A DNA stretch of 63,723 nucleotides, the filler included, from an uncultured Methanosarcinales archaeon (GTDB taxonomy: Archaea > Nanobdellota > Nanobdellia > Woesearchaeales > CAYXTQ01), in assembly GCA_964608065.1 (NCBI GenBank). It is 3 parts of 3 records of this genome, joined end to end, with 100 filler letters (N's around TTAATTAATTAA, not from the genome) between each part and the next. Parts side by side here need not be neighbours in the genome. Positions count along the whole stretch, not along the records: positions 22,678 to 45,156 come from CAZSMA010000011.1; positions 45,257 to 63,723 come from CAZSMA010000021.1; 1 more part is not named here. One strand, 5' to 3'. The notes beneath the pieces are model-generated. The model did not search any database. It had not been told where the DNA came from and worked only from the letters and a program-made list of their open reading frames with translations. How positions within the stretch are numbered: the stretch's first letter is position 1; each line of letters begins with the position of its first letter. Shown here one piece after another: positions 40,129 to 49,411 of the stretch. The translations under genes and the position numbers were made by a program.

Positions 40129-40182
40129 TTATATTATCTAAAGACCTCCTCTCCAGTGCTGCTAACCAAAAAGGTTAGCAGT

Positions 40183-40282
40183 NNNNNNNNNNNNNNNNNN
40201 NNNNNNNNNNNNNNNNNNNNNNNNNNNNNNNNNNNNNNNNNNNNNNNNNNNNNNNNNNNNNNNNNNNNNNNNNNNNNNNNNN
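40183..40282. other. Scaffold gap (100 N)
   Basis: N run. Confidence 0.98.
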
Positions 40283-40843
40283 AAACAAAAGCTATGTGAA
40301 AGCGCAGAGTTAAAGAAGAAAGTAGCTGAAGAACTTTCTGATAAGATTGAAGAAGTTGCTTTAAAGATAATTGAAGCTTATAAGAATGATGGCAAGTTAA
40401 TTCTTTTTGGTAATGGTGGTAGTGCAGCTGATGCTCAGCATTTGGCAACAGAGTTAGTGCATCAATTTGAGGTTAAAGAAAGAAAGGCTTTGAGTGCTAT
40501 ATCTTTGACAACTAATACTTCAATGCTAACTGCTATTGGTAATGATTGGGGTTTTGACCAGATTTTTGAAAGACAGCTGCAAAATCTGGCTACTGATAAA
40601 GATGTTGTTATTGGATTAAGTACAAGCGGTAATTCAGTCAATGTGATAAAAGGTATTGAGCAGGCTAAAAAGAATGGTGCTTTTACAATTGTGTTTACAG
40701 GCAATGATGGCGGTAAGTTGAAGGATATAGCTGATTTGAGTTTAGTTGTTCCTTCAGAAAATACTGCAAGAATCCAGGAAGTGCATATAACTATTGGACA
40801 TATTGTCTGTCATTTGATTGAGAAGAGTTTGTTTAAAAAATAA
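40283..40843 (+). CDS. gmhA: Phosphoheptose isomerase GmhA (start in gap)
   Basis: Frame open from 40283; FGNGGSAADAQH, TAIGND, STSGNS, RIQEVH. Confidence 0.95.
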   Translation, partial: KQKLCESAELKKKVAEELSDKIEEVALKIIEAYKNDGKLILFGNGGSAADAQHLATELVHQFEVKERKALSAISLTTNTSMLTAIGNDWGFDQIFERQLQNLATDKDVVIGLSTSGNSVNVIKGIEQAKKNGAFTIVFTGNDGGKLKDIADLSLVVPSENTARIQEVHITIGHIVCHLIEKSLFKK

Positions 40844-40848
40844 TAAAA

Positions 40849-41751
40849 ATGAAATGTTTAGTTACAGGCGGAGCAGGATTTATCGGAAGTAATCTTGCTT
40901 TAGAGTTGGAGAAAATAAAGAATGAAGTTATTGTGGTTGATAATCTTCTTACTGGTTCTAAAAGTAATCTTAAAGGATTTAAAGGAAAATTTATGGAAAT
41001 TGATGTTTCAAAACCTTTTGAGCTGAATGAAGATTTTGATGTGATATTTCATGAAGCTGCTATAACTGACCCTAGATTTAAGGATGATAAGGAGACAATA
41101 AGAGCAAATGTTGATGGTTTTAAGAATATTATTGAATTGGCAAAAAGAAACAATGCAAAACTTATTTATGCTTCTACTGCTGGTTTGTATGGAAATGGAA
41201 AAGTTCCAATGAAAGAGAGTCAAGAGAAAGAAATATTGAGTGCTTACGGCAAATCAAAATTAATGATGGATAGTATGGCTTCTAAACTTTTTGACAAGAT
41301 GCATATAGTTGGTTTAAGGTATTTTAATGTATTTGGGCCAAGAGAAGTGTATAAAGGAAGGCCAGCTTCAATGATCTATCATCTTGCTAAACAGATCAAA
41401 GATGGAAAAAACCCAAGATTGTTTAAATGGGGAGAGCAAAAAAGAGACCATATATATGTTAAGGATGCTGTTGATGCTACAATTAAGGCTGTTAATGCTA
41501 AATCTGGGATATATAATGTAGGTACTGGGGTTGCTACAGATTTTAACCAGTTAGTAAAGATATTGAATGATGTTTTTGGCACTAAACTAAAAATAGAATA
41601 TTTTGATATGCCTTATGATCCCAAAACATATCAAAGCAATACACATGCTGATACAACTAATGCTGAAAAATATTTAGGCTTTAAAGCTAAATTGGAACTA
41701 AAAAAAAAGGTAATAGATTATATGGAGGAGTTAGGATGGATAAAGAATTAA
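40849..41751 (+). CDS. hldD: ADP-L-glycero-D-manno-heptose 6-epimerase
   Basis: TGGAGFIGS, YGKSK, LRYFNVFGPREVYKGRPASM; operon context. Confidence 0.85.
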   Translation: MKCLVTGGAGFIGSNLALELEKIKNEVIVVDNLLTGSKSNLKGFKGKFMEIDVSKPFELNEDFDVIFHEAAITDPRFKDDKETIRANVDGFKNIIELAKRNNAKLIYASTAGLYGNGKVPMKESQEKEILSAYGKSKLMMDSMASKLFDKMHIVGLRYFNVFGPREVYKGRPASMIYHLAKQIKDGKNPRLFKWGEQKRDHIYVKDAVDATIKAVNAKSGIYNVGTGVATDFNQLVKILNDVFGTKLKIEYFDMPYDPKTYQSNTHADTTNAEKYLGFKAKLELKKKVIDYMEELGWIKN

Positions 41752-42716
41752 TTAAGACATTAGATGATTTCAAAGGTAAAAAAATATTAGTTATAGGAGA
41801 TATTATGCTTGATAAATCAATCTGGGGAGATGTTACAAGAATCAGTCCTGAGGCTCCTGTACAGGTTGTTAATGTAGGCAAGGAAACGTATGCTCCAGGC
41901 GGTGCTGCTAATACTGCTAATAACATAAGCGCTTTAGGTGGCAGAGTCTATGTTGTAGGTGTTGTTGGTGATGATGATGCTAAAGATCTTTTATTAGATG
42001 AGCTTGGAAGAAAAAAGATTAATACAGACGGTGTTGTTGTTTCTGTGACAAGGCCGACAATACAGAAGATAAGGATAATGGGTAAAGGCCAGCAATTGCT
42101 TAGAGTTGATTATGAAGATGTTAGTGAAATAAATGAAGATACAAGAAAGAAAATATTTGATTATATAAAGGAAAAGGAAAAAGAGGTTGATGCAATAATT
42201 ATTTCTGATTATGCCAAGGGTATTGTGACAAAGGATTTTTTTAATGATTTAATAAATTTGGTTAAAGATAAAATAGTTGTTGTTGACCCAAAGACAAAGC
42301 ATTCTGTTGGTTATAAGGGTGTTACTTTGGTTACTCCTAATAATTATGAAGTCAGTGTCATGGCTGATATGGATATCAGAAATGATGATGATTTGGTTAT
42401 TGCTGGTGGAAAATTATTAAAAAAAATGGATTCAGATATCCTGATTACAAAAGGAGAGAAAGGAATGAGTCTGTTTGAGAAAAAAGGAGAGATTACTCAT
42501 ATTCCGACTAAAGCAAAAGAAGTTTATGATGTTACAGGTGCTGGTGATACTGTTGTTGCTGTATCAACTTTAGCTCTTGCTTCTGGAGCTTCTGTCAAAG
42601 ATGCTGCTATTTTAGCGAATTATGCTGCAGGGATTGTTGTTGGAAAACTGGGGACTGCAACTGTAAGTGTTGATGAATTGAAAAAAGCTGTTGAAGATGA
42701 TAGTTCCAAGGAATAA
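41736..42716 (+). CDS. rfaE1: D-glycero-beta-D-manno-heptose-7-phosphate kinase (RfaE1/HldA)
   Basis: GDIMLD, RISPEAPV, GGAAN, SDYAKG, VYDVTGAGDTV. Confidence 0.95.
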   Translation: MDKELIKTLDDFKGKKILVIGDIMLDKSIWGDVTRISPEAPVQVVNVGKETYAPGGAANTANNISALGGRVYVVGVVGDDDAKDLLLDELGRKKINTDGVVVSVTRPTIQKIRIMGKGQQLLRVDYEDVSEINEDTRKKIFDYIKEKEKEVDAIIISDYAKGIVTKDFFNDLINLVKDKIVVVDPKTKHSVGYKGVTLVTPNNYEVSVMADMDIRNDDDLVIAGGKLLKKMDSDILITKGEKGMSLFEKKGEITHIPTKAKEVYDVTGAGDTVVAVSTLALASGASVKDAAILANYAAGIVVGKLGTATVSVDELKKAVEDDSSKE

Positions 42717-43668
42717 ATTAAAAAAAAGTCTTTTAAATTTAAAGGAAAAGAAGATAGGTTTTACTAATGGTGTGTTTGATATTTTGCATGTTGGTCATGT
42801 AACTTATCTGGAAGAGTGCAAGAAGTTATGTGATGTTTTGGTTGTTAGTCTTAATACTGATGAATCTGCTAAAAGTCTGAAAGGTCCTAGCAGGCCTATA
42901 AATACTCTGAAAGACAGGCAGAAGATTATAGATAGTTTAAAATCAGTTGATTATGTTACTGAGCATCCTGAAAAGAATGTAAGAAAGACTTTGGAGATAT
43001 TAAAACCTGATTTATATATTAAAGGAGGAGATTATAAGCTGGAAGATTTGAAATCAAGGCCTTTTGTTGAATCTTATGGAGGGAAAGCTGTTATTATTCC
43101 TATGGTCAAAGGTAAGAGTACTACAAATTTGATTCAAAAGATGAAGAATAAGGCTGTATTTATTGACAGAGACGGAACAATCAATGAAGAAGTTGATTAT
43201 CTGCATGAGCCTGAGAAGTTTAAGTTATTACATAAGGTTGTTAGTGGTTTAAAGTTGATGCAGGACAAAGGGTATAAGTTAGTTATTATTACAAACCAGC
43301 CTGGAATTGGGCTTGGTTATTTTACTAAAGAGGATTTTTTTAGAGTTAATAAAGAAATGCTGAAGCAGTTTTCAAAGAATAAGATAATGATTGATAAGAT
43401 TTATTTCTGCCCTCATAGTCTGAGTGAGAAATGCGATTGCAGGAAACCTGGAATTGGATTGTTCAAAAGGGCTGAGAAAGAGTTAGGTGTTGATTTAAAG
43501 AACAGTTATTTTATTGGTGACCAGACTTCTGATATAATGGCTGGGAAGAATGCTGGGTGCAAGACAATATTAGTTAAAACTGGGCAGAAAGGAGAAGATG
43601 GTAAGTATAATGTTAAGGCTGATTTTGTTGTTGACAATTTACAGGATGCTGTTAAACAAATTAATTAG
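42697..43668 (+). CDS. Fusion of heptose-1-phosphate adenylyltransferase (RfaE2/HldC) and heptose-1,7-bisphosphate phosphatase (GmhB)
   Basis: FTNGVFDILHVGH, KGGDY, GKSTT; then DRDGTIN, TNQ, CPH..CDCRKP, IGD. Confidence 0.93.
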   Translation: MIVPRNKLKKSLLNLKEKKIGFTNGVFDILHVGHVTYLEECKKLCDVLVVSLNTDESAKSLKGPSRPINTLKDRQKIIDSLKSVDYVTEHPEKNVRKTLEILKPDLYIKGGDYKLEDLKSRPFVESYGGKAVIIPMVKGKSTTNLIQKMKNKAVFIDRDGTINEEVDYLHEPEKFKLLHKVVSGLKLMQDKGYKLVIITNQPGIGLGYFTKEDFFRVNKEMLKQFSKNKIMIDKIYFCPHSLSEKCDCRKPGIGLFKRAEKELGVDLKNSYFIGDQTSDIMAGKNAGCKTILVKTGQKGEDGKYNVKADFVVDNLQDAVKQIN

Positions 43669-44362
43669 AGTTCTCTTTCAAAAACTTTGAAGCTTTGAAC
43701 AAAGATTCAAATGTTCCTGCATCTGACCAGAAACCTTCTAGAACTCTGAACTGCATTTTTTTTTCTTTGATGTAAGCATTGTTTACATCTGTTATCTCTA
43801 GTTCTCCTCTGTTAGAGGGTTTTAAAGTTTTGATTATGTCAAATACTTTGCTGTCGTAAATATAAATTCCTGTTACTGCTAAGTTTGATTTTGGATTTTT
43901 TGGTTTTTCTATGATGGATGTTATTTTATCTCCTTTTATGTCTGCAACTCCAAATCTTTCTGGATCATGGACTTCTTTAAGATATATTCTTGATCCTGTT
44001 TCAAAATCGTTGAAATTTAGTTTATCTTCAAAAATATTATCTCCAAGGATAACTGCAACACTGCTGTCGTCTACAAAATCTTCTGCCAAGCTAAGTGCTT
44101 GTGCAATTCCTCCTGCTTTATCCTGTATTTCGTATGTGAATTTTACTCCAAATTCTTTTCCTGAGCTGAGTAATTTTGAAAAATGACCAGAATGTTCAGG
44201 ACCGCTTATAATCAAGATGTCTTTGATACCTGCGTTGATTAAGGTATTTATCGGATAATATATCATAGGTTTGTTCCATACAGGCAATAAATGTTTATTT
44301 GTTACTTTTGTAAGTGGAGAAAGCCTTGAGCCTGAACCACCTGCTAAAACAATTCCTTTCAT
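43661..44362 (-). CDS. rmlA: Glucose-1-phosphate thymidylyltransferase (RmlA/SpsI type)
   Basis: LAGGSGSRL, NKHLLP, LGDNIF, EKP, RGELEITD, WSDAGT. Confidence 0.9.
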   Translation of the reverse strand: MKGIVLAGGSGSRLSPLTKVTNKHLLPVWNKPMIYYPINTLINAGIKDILIISGPEHSGHFSKLLSSGKEFGVKFTYEIQDKAGGIAQALSLAEDFVDDSSVAVILGDNIFEDKLNFNDFETGSRIYLKEVHDPERFGVADIKGDKITSIIEKPKNPKSNLAVTGIYIYDSKVFDIIKTLKPSNRGELEITDVNNAYIKEKKMQFRVLEGFWSDAGTFESLFKASKFLKENSN

Positions 44363-45156
44363 CCTAAAAAATCACCCAGAGCTTCCTGCCATGGCCTTAA
44401 ATCTTCAAGTTTTGTATTCAATAAAATACTTTTTTTAGGTCTAATGGCTGCTCTTTTAACTTTACTTGATTTTATGCCTTTTATATTTAAATTTATGTTT
44501 TTTATTTTTACTATTTCCTGTGCAAATTGTTTCCATGAACAATAACCTTTGTTGGTTACATGGTAGACTCCATATTTTTCTTTTTCTATGATTTCTTTTA
44601 TTTTTTTTGCTAGATCTAAGGTGTAAGTTGGGCTTCCAAACTGGTCATCAATAATTTTTAATTCTCTTTTTTTCTGTTTCAGGATGAACTTAACAAAATT
44701 TTTTCCTTTTTCTCCAAAAAGCCATGCTGTTCTTATAACATAATAGCGGTCGTATGTGTTTATTATATAGTCTTCTGCTTCTGCTTTTGTTTTACCGTAG
44801 AAGTTTATTGGATTTTTTTTATCGTTTTCTTTGTAAAATTCCTTTTTACCATCAAAGACGTAATCTGTGCTTATATGGATTAAAGTTGCCCTTATCTTTT
44901 TGCAAGTATCTGTAATGTTTTTGACACCTTCAACATTAATATTGTATGCTATTTCTTTTTTAGTTTCTGCTTCATCTACTCTTGTGAAACCTGTTGAATT
45001 TATTACAATTTCTGGTTTTAATTCTGTAATTTTTTTTATTACTTGTTGTTTATTTATGATATCTAAATCTTCTTTTGAGAAATTAGTTGAGTCTGGGAAA
45101 ACTTTAATTAAATCAGAACCAAGCATTCCGTTTTTTCCTAAGATTAGAATTTTCAT
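44359..45156 (-). CDS. rmlD: dTDP-4-dehydrorhamnose reductase
   Basis: GKNGMLG, STDYVFDG, YGKTK, DQFGSPT. Confidence 0.93.
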   Translation of the reverse strand: MKILILGKNGMLGSDLIKVFPDSTNFSKEDLDIINKQQVIKKITELKPEIVINSTGFTRVDEAETKKEIAYNINVEGVKNITDTCKKIRATLIHISTDYVFDGKKEFYKENDKKNPINFYGKTKAEAEDYIINTYDRYYVIRTAWLFGEKGKNFVKFILKQKKRELKIIDDQFGSPTYTLDLAKKIKEIIEKEKYGVYHVTNKGYCSWKQFAQEIVKIKNINLNIKGIKSSKVKRAAIRPKKSILLNTKLEDLRPWQEALGDFLG

Positions 45157-45256
45157 NNNNNNNNNNNNNNNNNNNNNNNNNNNNNNNNNNNNNNNNNNNN
45201 TTAATTAATTAANNNNNNNNNNNNNNNNNNNNNNNNNNNNNNNNNNNNNNNNNNNN
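45157..45256. other. Artificial contig linker
   Basis: N44-TTAATTAATTAA-N44. Confidence 0.97.
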
Positions 45257-45312
45257 TAACCACAATCTTTTTAAATGAAACCCCATTTCTCTGAACAACT
45301 AAGGGGGCTATA

Positions 45313-46254
45313 ATGGAAGAAGAACGAAGTGAAAAGAGTAAAGTTAATGTTCTTAGTAAAATAAAAAGTATATATGATAAAGATTACAAGAAATTGCTTG
45401 TAATACCTTTTATAATATTATTATTAGCTATAGTGCAGATCGGAATACAGACTGCTACAACAGGAGATTTTCTTAATAAAGGTGTTAGTCTTAAAGGTGG
45501 AATGACTTTGACTATACCTGTGACAGGTATTGATATAGATGATTTACAAAATACGCTTTCTTCAGATTTTCCAGAAAATGATGTAAGTGTAAGAAGTTTA
45601 AACAGGGCAGGTTCACAGGTTGGTGTTATAATTGAGGCTGATGTTGAGACTACTGATAGCGAGGAAGTAGATACATTCCTGAATAAAATAGAATCTAATT
45701 TAAATCTAAAAAGACAGGAGTATGTTATTGAGTTGATTGGAAGTTCGTTAGGAAGCTCTTTTTTTAGAGAGGCTTTTTTTGCTTTATTTTTAGCATTTAT
45801 TTTTATGGGTATAGTTGTTTTCCTGTATTTTAAGACAGTTGCTCCAAGTGCTGCTGTTATATTAGCAGCTTTATCCGATATTATTATTACATTAGCTATT
45901 GTAAATCTTCTAGGTATAAAATTAAGTACAGCAGGAATTGCTGCTTTTTTAATGTTGATAGGTTATTCAGTAGATAGTGATATCTTATTGTCTACTAAAG
46001 TGTTAAAGAGAAAAGAAGGGACTGTTATGGAAAGAATCTTCGGAGCTATGAAAACAGGATTAACAATGAGTATTACTACAATAATAGCAGTTAGTGTTGC
46101 TTTAATATTTACACAGTCTGAAGTTATAAAACAGATAATGACTATATTGTTAATTGGATTGTTAATTGACTTAATCAATACATGGATACAGAATGTAGGA
46201 ATATTAAGATTATATTTGGATAAAAAGCGTAAGAAGGTAGAACATACAGAATGA
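45313..46254 (+). CDS. secF: Protein translocase subunit SecF
   Basis: GVSLKGG, LMLIGYSVDSDILL, NTWIQN. Confidence 0.93.
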   Translation: MEEERSEKSKVNVLSKIKSIYDKDYKKLLVIPFIILLLAIVQIGIQTATTGDFLNKGVSLKGGMTLTIPVTGIDIDDLQNTLSSDFPENDVSVRSLNRAGSQVGVIIEADVETTDSEEVDTFLNKIESNLNLKRQEYVIELIGSSLGSSFFREAFFALFLAFIFMGIVVFLYFKTVAPSAAVILAALSDIIITLAIVNLLGIKLSTAGIAAFLMLIGYSVDSDILLSTKVLKRKEGTVMERIFGAMKTGLTMSITTIIAVSVALIFTQSEVIKQIMTILLIGLLIDLINTWIQNVGILRLYLDKKRKKVEHTE

Positions 46255-47852
46255 AAAGAAAAGCAAAAAAAATATTCACAAATGTCAGGGTTATTGTATT
46301 GTTAATAGCTTTAGTTCTTGCTATATTTTCTATTAATCCTCATCCTAATGCAGAGGGTGTTGCAATAAGGAATGTCATACAGAACAGTTCTGCAAGTTTA
46401 GCAGGAATAGAAAGTCCAAAAGCTACAACAAGACCTGTAGCAAGGGAGAGAATAACTGCTATAAACAATAAACCAATAAAAGATACTGAAGATTATTTTA
46501 ATATTATAAGCCAGTTAGCAAAAAACCAGACAATAACTCTGAGGACAAATAAAGAAGCATATAAACTAACTACAGGAGAAGCTCCAGTTGATTTAGGTAT
46601 AATGATTTATGATGCTCCTAAAAATAATATCAAGAAAGGATTAGAGTTGCAAGGTGGAACAAGGGTTTTATTACAGCCAGAGGAAAAGCTTGATGATATA
46701 ACATTAGATGATTTGATTCTTAATATGGGGCAAAGACTTAATGTTTATGGATTAAGTGATATTGTTATCAGAAAAGCATCAGACTTACCTGTTTATTTAG
46801 GAGGAACTGGCAAACAATTTATTATTGTTGAGATAGCAGGAGCTAATGAAGAAGAAGTAAGAGATTTATTAGCAAAACAAGGTAAGTTTGAAGCAAAGGT
46901 TGGAAATGAAACTGTGTTTTTAGGAGGCAGTGATATAACTTATGTATGCAGAAGTGCAAACTGCGCTGGAATAGACCCTAACAGGGGCTGTAACCAGAAT
47001 GGAGACCAATGGTTCTGTAGATTCAGATTTGCTATTGCATTGGATCCTAAAGCAGCTGAGAGACAGGCAGAAGCAACAAGTAAGTTGGATATTATTGCAG
47101 CAGAAGAAGGATCAAGTCAGCAATACTTAAGTGAAAAATTAGTGCTTTTCCTAGATGATGTACAAGTTGATGAGCTGAATATTGGAGCAGATTTGAAAGG
47201 AAGGGCTGTAACAGATATTGAGATAAGTGGTTCAGGAGAAGGTATCAGCCAGAATGAAGCTGTTTTTAATGCTTTAAAGAATATGAAAAAACTACAGACT
47301 TTACTTATTACAGGTTCATTACCAGTTAAGCTTAATATTGTAAAAACAGATGCAGTAAGTCCTGTTGTTGGAGGAGAGTTTGTTAAAAATGCGCTTTTAG
47401 TCGGATTATTAGCACTATTATCAGTAGCAATTGTTGTTTTTATAAGATATAGAAAATTAAAAGTAACAATACCCATGGCTTTAACTTCTATCTTTGAAGT
47501 TATATTATTATTAGGATTAGCTTCATTGATTAACTGGAATCTTGATCTAGCGGCAATTGCAGGAATAATTATAGCAGTAGGCACTGGAATAGATCATCAG
47601 ATTGTTATTACTGATGAAGCTTTAAGTGGAGAAGTTTCACAAATATTCGACTGGAAAAAGAGGTTTAAGAGGGCTTTCTTTATTATTATGGCATCTTATT
47701 TCACAACTGTTGTTGCAATGCTGCCATTGATGAGAGCAGGAGCTGGTTTGTTAAAAGGATTTGCAATAACAACTATAATGGGCGTTAGCATAGGTGTATT
47801 TATTACAAGACCTGCTTTTGCAGCTATAATTGAAATACTCTTAAAAGAATAA
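46251..47852 (+). CDS. secD: Protein translocase subunit SecD
   Basis: GLELQGGTR, RLNVYGL, TGSLPV, GTGIDHQIVITDE, LKGFA. Confidence 0.93.
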   Translation: MKRKAKKIFTNVRVIVLLIALVLAIFSINPHPNAEGVAIRNVIQNSSASLAGIESPKATTRPVARERITAINNKPIKDTEDYFNIISQLAKNQTITLRTNKEAYKLTTGEAPVDLGIMIYDAPKNNIKKGLELQGGTRVLLQPEEKLDDITLDDLILNMGQRLNVYGLSDIVIRKASDLPVYLGGTGKQFIIVEIAGANEEEVRDLLAKQGKFEAKVGNETVFLGGSDITYVCRSANCAGIDPNRGCNQNGDQWFCRFRFAIALDPKAAERQAEATSKLDIIAAEEGSSQQYLSEKLVLFLDDVQVDELNIGADLKGRAVTDIEISGSGEGISQNEAVFNALKNMKKLQTLLITGSLPVKLNIVKTDAVSPVVGGEFVKNALLVGLLALLSVAIVVFIRYRKLKVTIPMALTSIFEVILLLGLASLINWNLDLAAIAGIIIAVGTGIDHQIVITDEALSGEVSQIFDWKKRFKRAFFIIMASYFTTVVAMLPLMRAGAGLLKGFAITTIMGVSIGVFITRPAFAAIIEILLKE

Positions 47853-48212
47853 ATGAAGACAAAGACATGGGCTATAATCTTAATGTTGTTTAATACACTT
47901 ATTACTGCTAGTGCCCAGATTTCTTGGAAATTAGGTGTTATTAATCTAGAACCTGGATTGTGGAATGTTGTATTTAATACAGGTATAATTGTAGGTTTTG
48001 TTCTTTATGGAATTGGAGCTGTTATATTGCTTATATGTTTAAAACATGGAGAACTATCTGTTATTTATCCGATTGTTGCTATGAGTTTTATATGGGTCAA
48101 TATTATTTCACCAAAATTTTTTCCTACAGACACAATGAGTTTGTTGAAATGGGTTGGTGTTTTTATTGTGATAATAGGTGTTACATTCATAGGGGTAGGT
48201 AGTAAACAATGA
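47853..48212 (+). CDS. EamA/SMR-like 4-TM protein (ArnE/F-like)
   Basis: AQISWKLG, GELSVIYP, KWVGVFIVIIGV. Confidence 0.8.
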   Translation: MKTKTWAIILMLFNTLITASAQISWKLGVINLEPGLWNVVFNTGIIVGFVLYGIGAVILLICLKHGELSVIYPIVAMSFIWVNIISPKFFPTDTMSLLKWVGVFIVIIGVTFIGVGSKQ

Positions 48213-48298
48213 AAATCAAAAATGATTTTCAAGCATCCAACAAGTTGAATACAATGAAAATAAAAAGTATTTTCAAGGTTAAAACGAGGTTTTAACAG
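48210..48298 (+). repeat. Palindrome cassette between the EamA paralogues
   Basis: TGAAAATCA-AAAA-TGATTTTCA, TGAAAATA-AAAAG-TATTTTCA, GTTAAAAC-GAG-GTTTTAAC, then ATG. Confidence 0.7.
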
Positions 48299-48649
48299 AT
48301 GACAACACAACTTTGGGCAATGGTTGTTGTATTTTTTGGTACTTTTATAGGTGCATTTGGAAGCTTATTTATGAAATTTGGTTCTGAGCATTTTTCTTTT
48401 AATATAAAGAATTTATTAAAGAATTATAATCTTATGATAGGGATTGTATTGTATATTTTAGCTTCTGTTGTTTTTATATTTGCTTTAAGAGCAGGAGACC
48501 TTACAGTACTTTATCCAGAAACTTCATTAACATATATATGGGTTAGTTTGTTATCTATAAAATTCTTAAAAGAAAAAATGAATAAATTTAAATGGCTGGG
48601 AATTTTATTAATAATTGTTGGTGTCACACTAATAGGGCTAGGTAGTTAA
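48299..48649 (+). CDS. EamA/SMR-like 4-TM protein (paralogue, probable heterodimer partner)
   Basis: GDLTVLYP, FLKEK, KWLGILLIIVGV. Confidence 0.82.
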   Translation: MTTQLWAMVVVFFGTFIGAFGSLFMKFGSEHFSFNIKNLLKNYNLMIGIVLYILASVVFIFALRAGDLTVLYPETSLTYIWVSLLSIKFLKEKMNKFKWLGILLIIVGVTLIGLGS

Positions 48650-48651
48650 AT

Positions 48652-49320
48652 ATGAAAACAATAATCTTATCTTTAGGCGGTTCATTGATCGTACCTGAAC
48701 ATATTGATGTAAATTTCTTAAATCAGTTTAGAAAATTAATCATTGGCCTTAAAGCAAGAGTTGGAATAATATGTGGTGGTGGGAAGATAGCCAGATATTA
48801 TATTAATGAAGCCAATAAAGTAAAGAAACAGAGCAATCTGAATAATGATATGATAGGTATAATGGCAACAAGGCTGAATGCTGAGCTGGTTAGAGCTGTA
48901 TTTTCAGGACATTCTTATGAAAAAGTAGTTTATGATCCAACTAAAAAGATTAAGACACAAAAAAAAGTAATAATTGGTGCAGGATATCTTCCTGGAACAT
49001 CAACTGATAAAGATGCTGTTTTATTGGCTAAGACTTTGGGAGCAAAAACTGTTATTAATTTGACAAATGTTGATTATGTTTATGATAAGAATCCTAAGAA
49101 GTTTAAGAACGCTAAGCCTATTACGGAAATAAACTGGAATGATTTTTTGAAGATTACAGGAAGAAAATGGAAAGCTGGATTAAATGTTCCGTTTGATCCA
49201 TTAGCTGCGATTGAAGCTAAAAAGAGTAAGATAAAGGTTATAATTGCTAATGGGAAAAACCTGAAGAACCTTAAGGATATTCTGGATGGAAAAAAGTTCA
49301 AAGGAACTATTATTAGATAA
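48652..49320 (+). CDS. pyrH: UMP kinase, archaeal type
   Basis: SLGGS, GGGKIAR, PGTSTD, NVDYVYDKNP, PFDP. Confidence 0.93.
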   Translation: MKTIILSLGGSLIVPEHIDVNFLNQFRKLIIGLKARVGIICGGGKIARYYINEANKVKKQSNLNNDMIGIMATRLNAELVRAVFSGHSYEKVVYDPTKKIKTQKKVIIGAGYLPGTSTDKDAVLLAKTLGAKTVINLTNVDYVYDKNPKKFKNAKPITEINWNDFLKITGRKWKAGLNVPFDPLAAIEAKKSKIKVIIANGKNLKNLKDILDGKKFKGTIIR

Positions 49321-49411
49321 TTGAATAATACTTATCTAAATTTAATATTATTACTAATTAACAGTAGTAACAAATAGAAAGTTTTATAAATCCTTAAGGT
49401 ATTCTTCACTT

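Noticed and set aside
40442..40843. Short 133-aa GmhA suggesting truncation
   Set aside because: The frame is open back to 40283 and includes GNGGSAADAQH; the start is hidden in the gap
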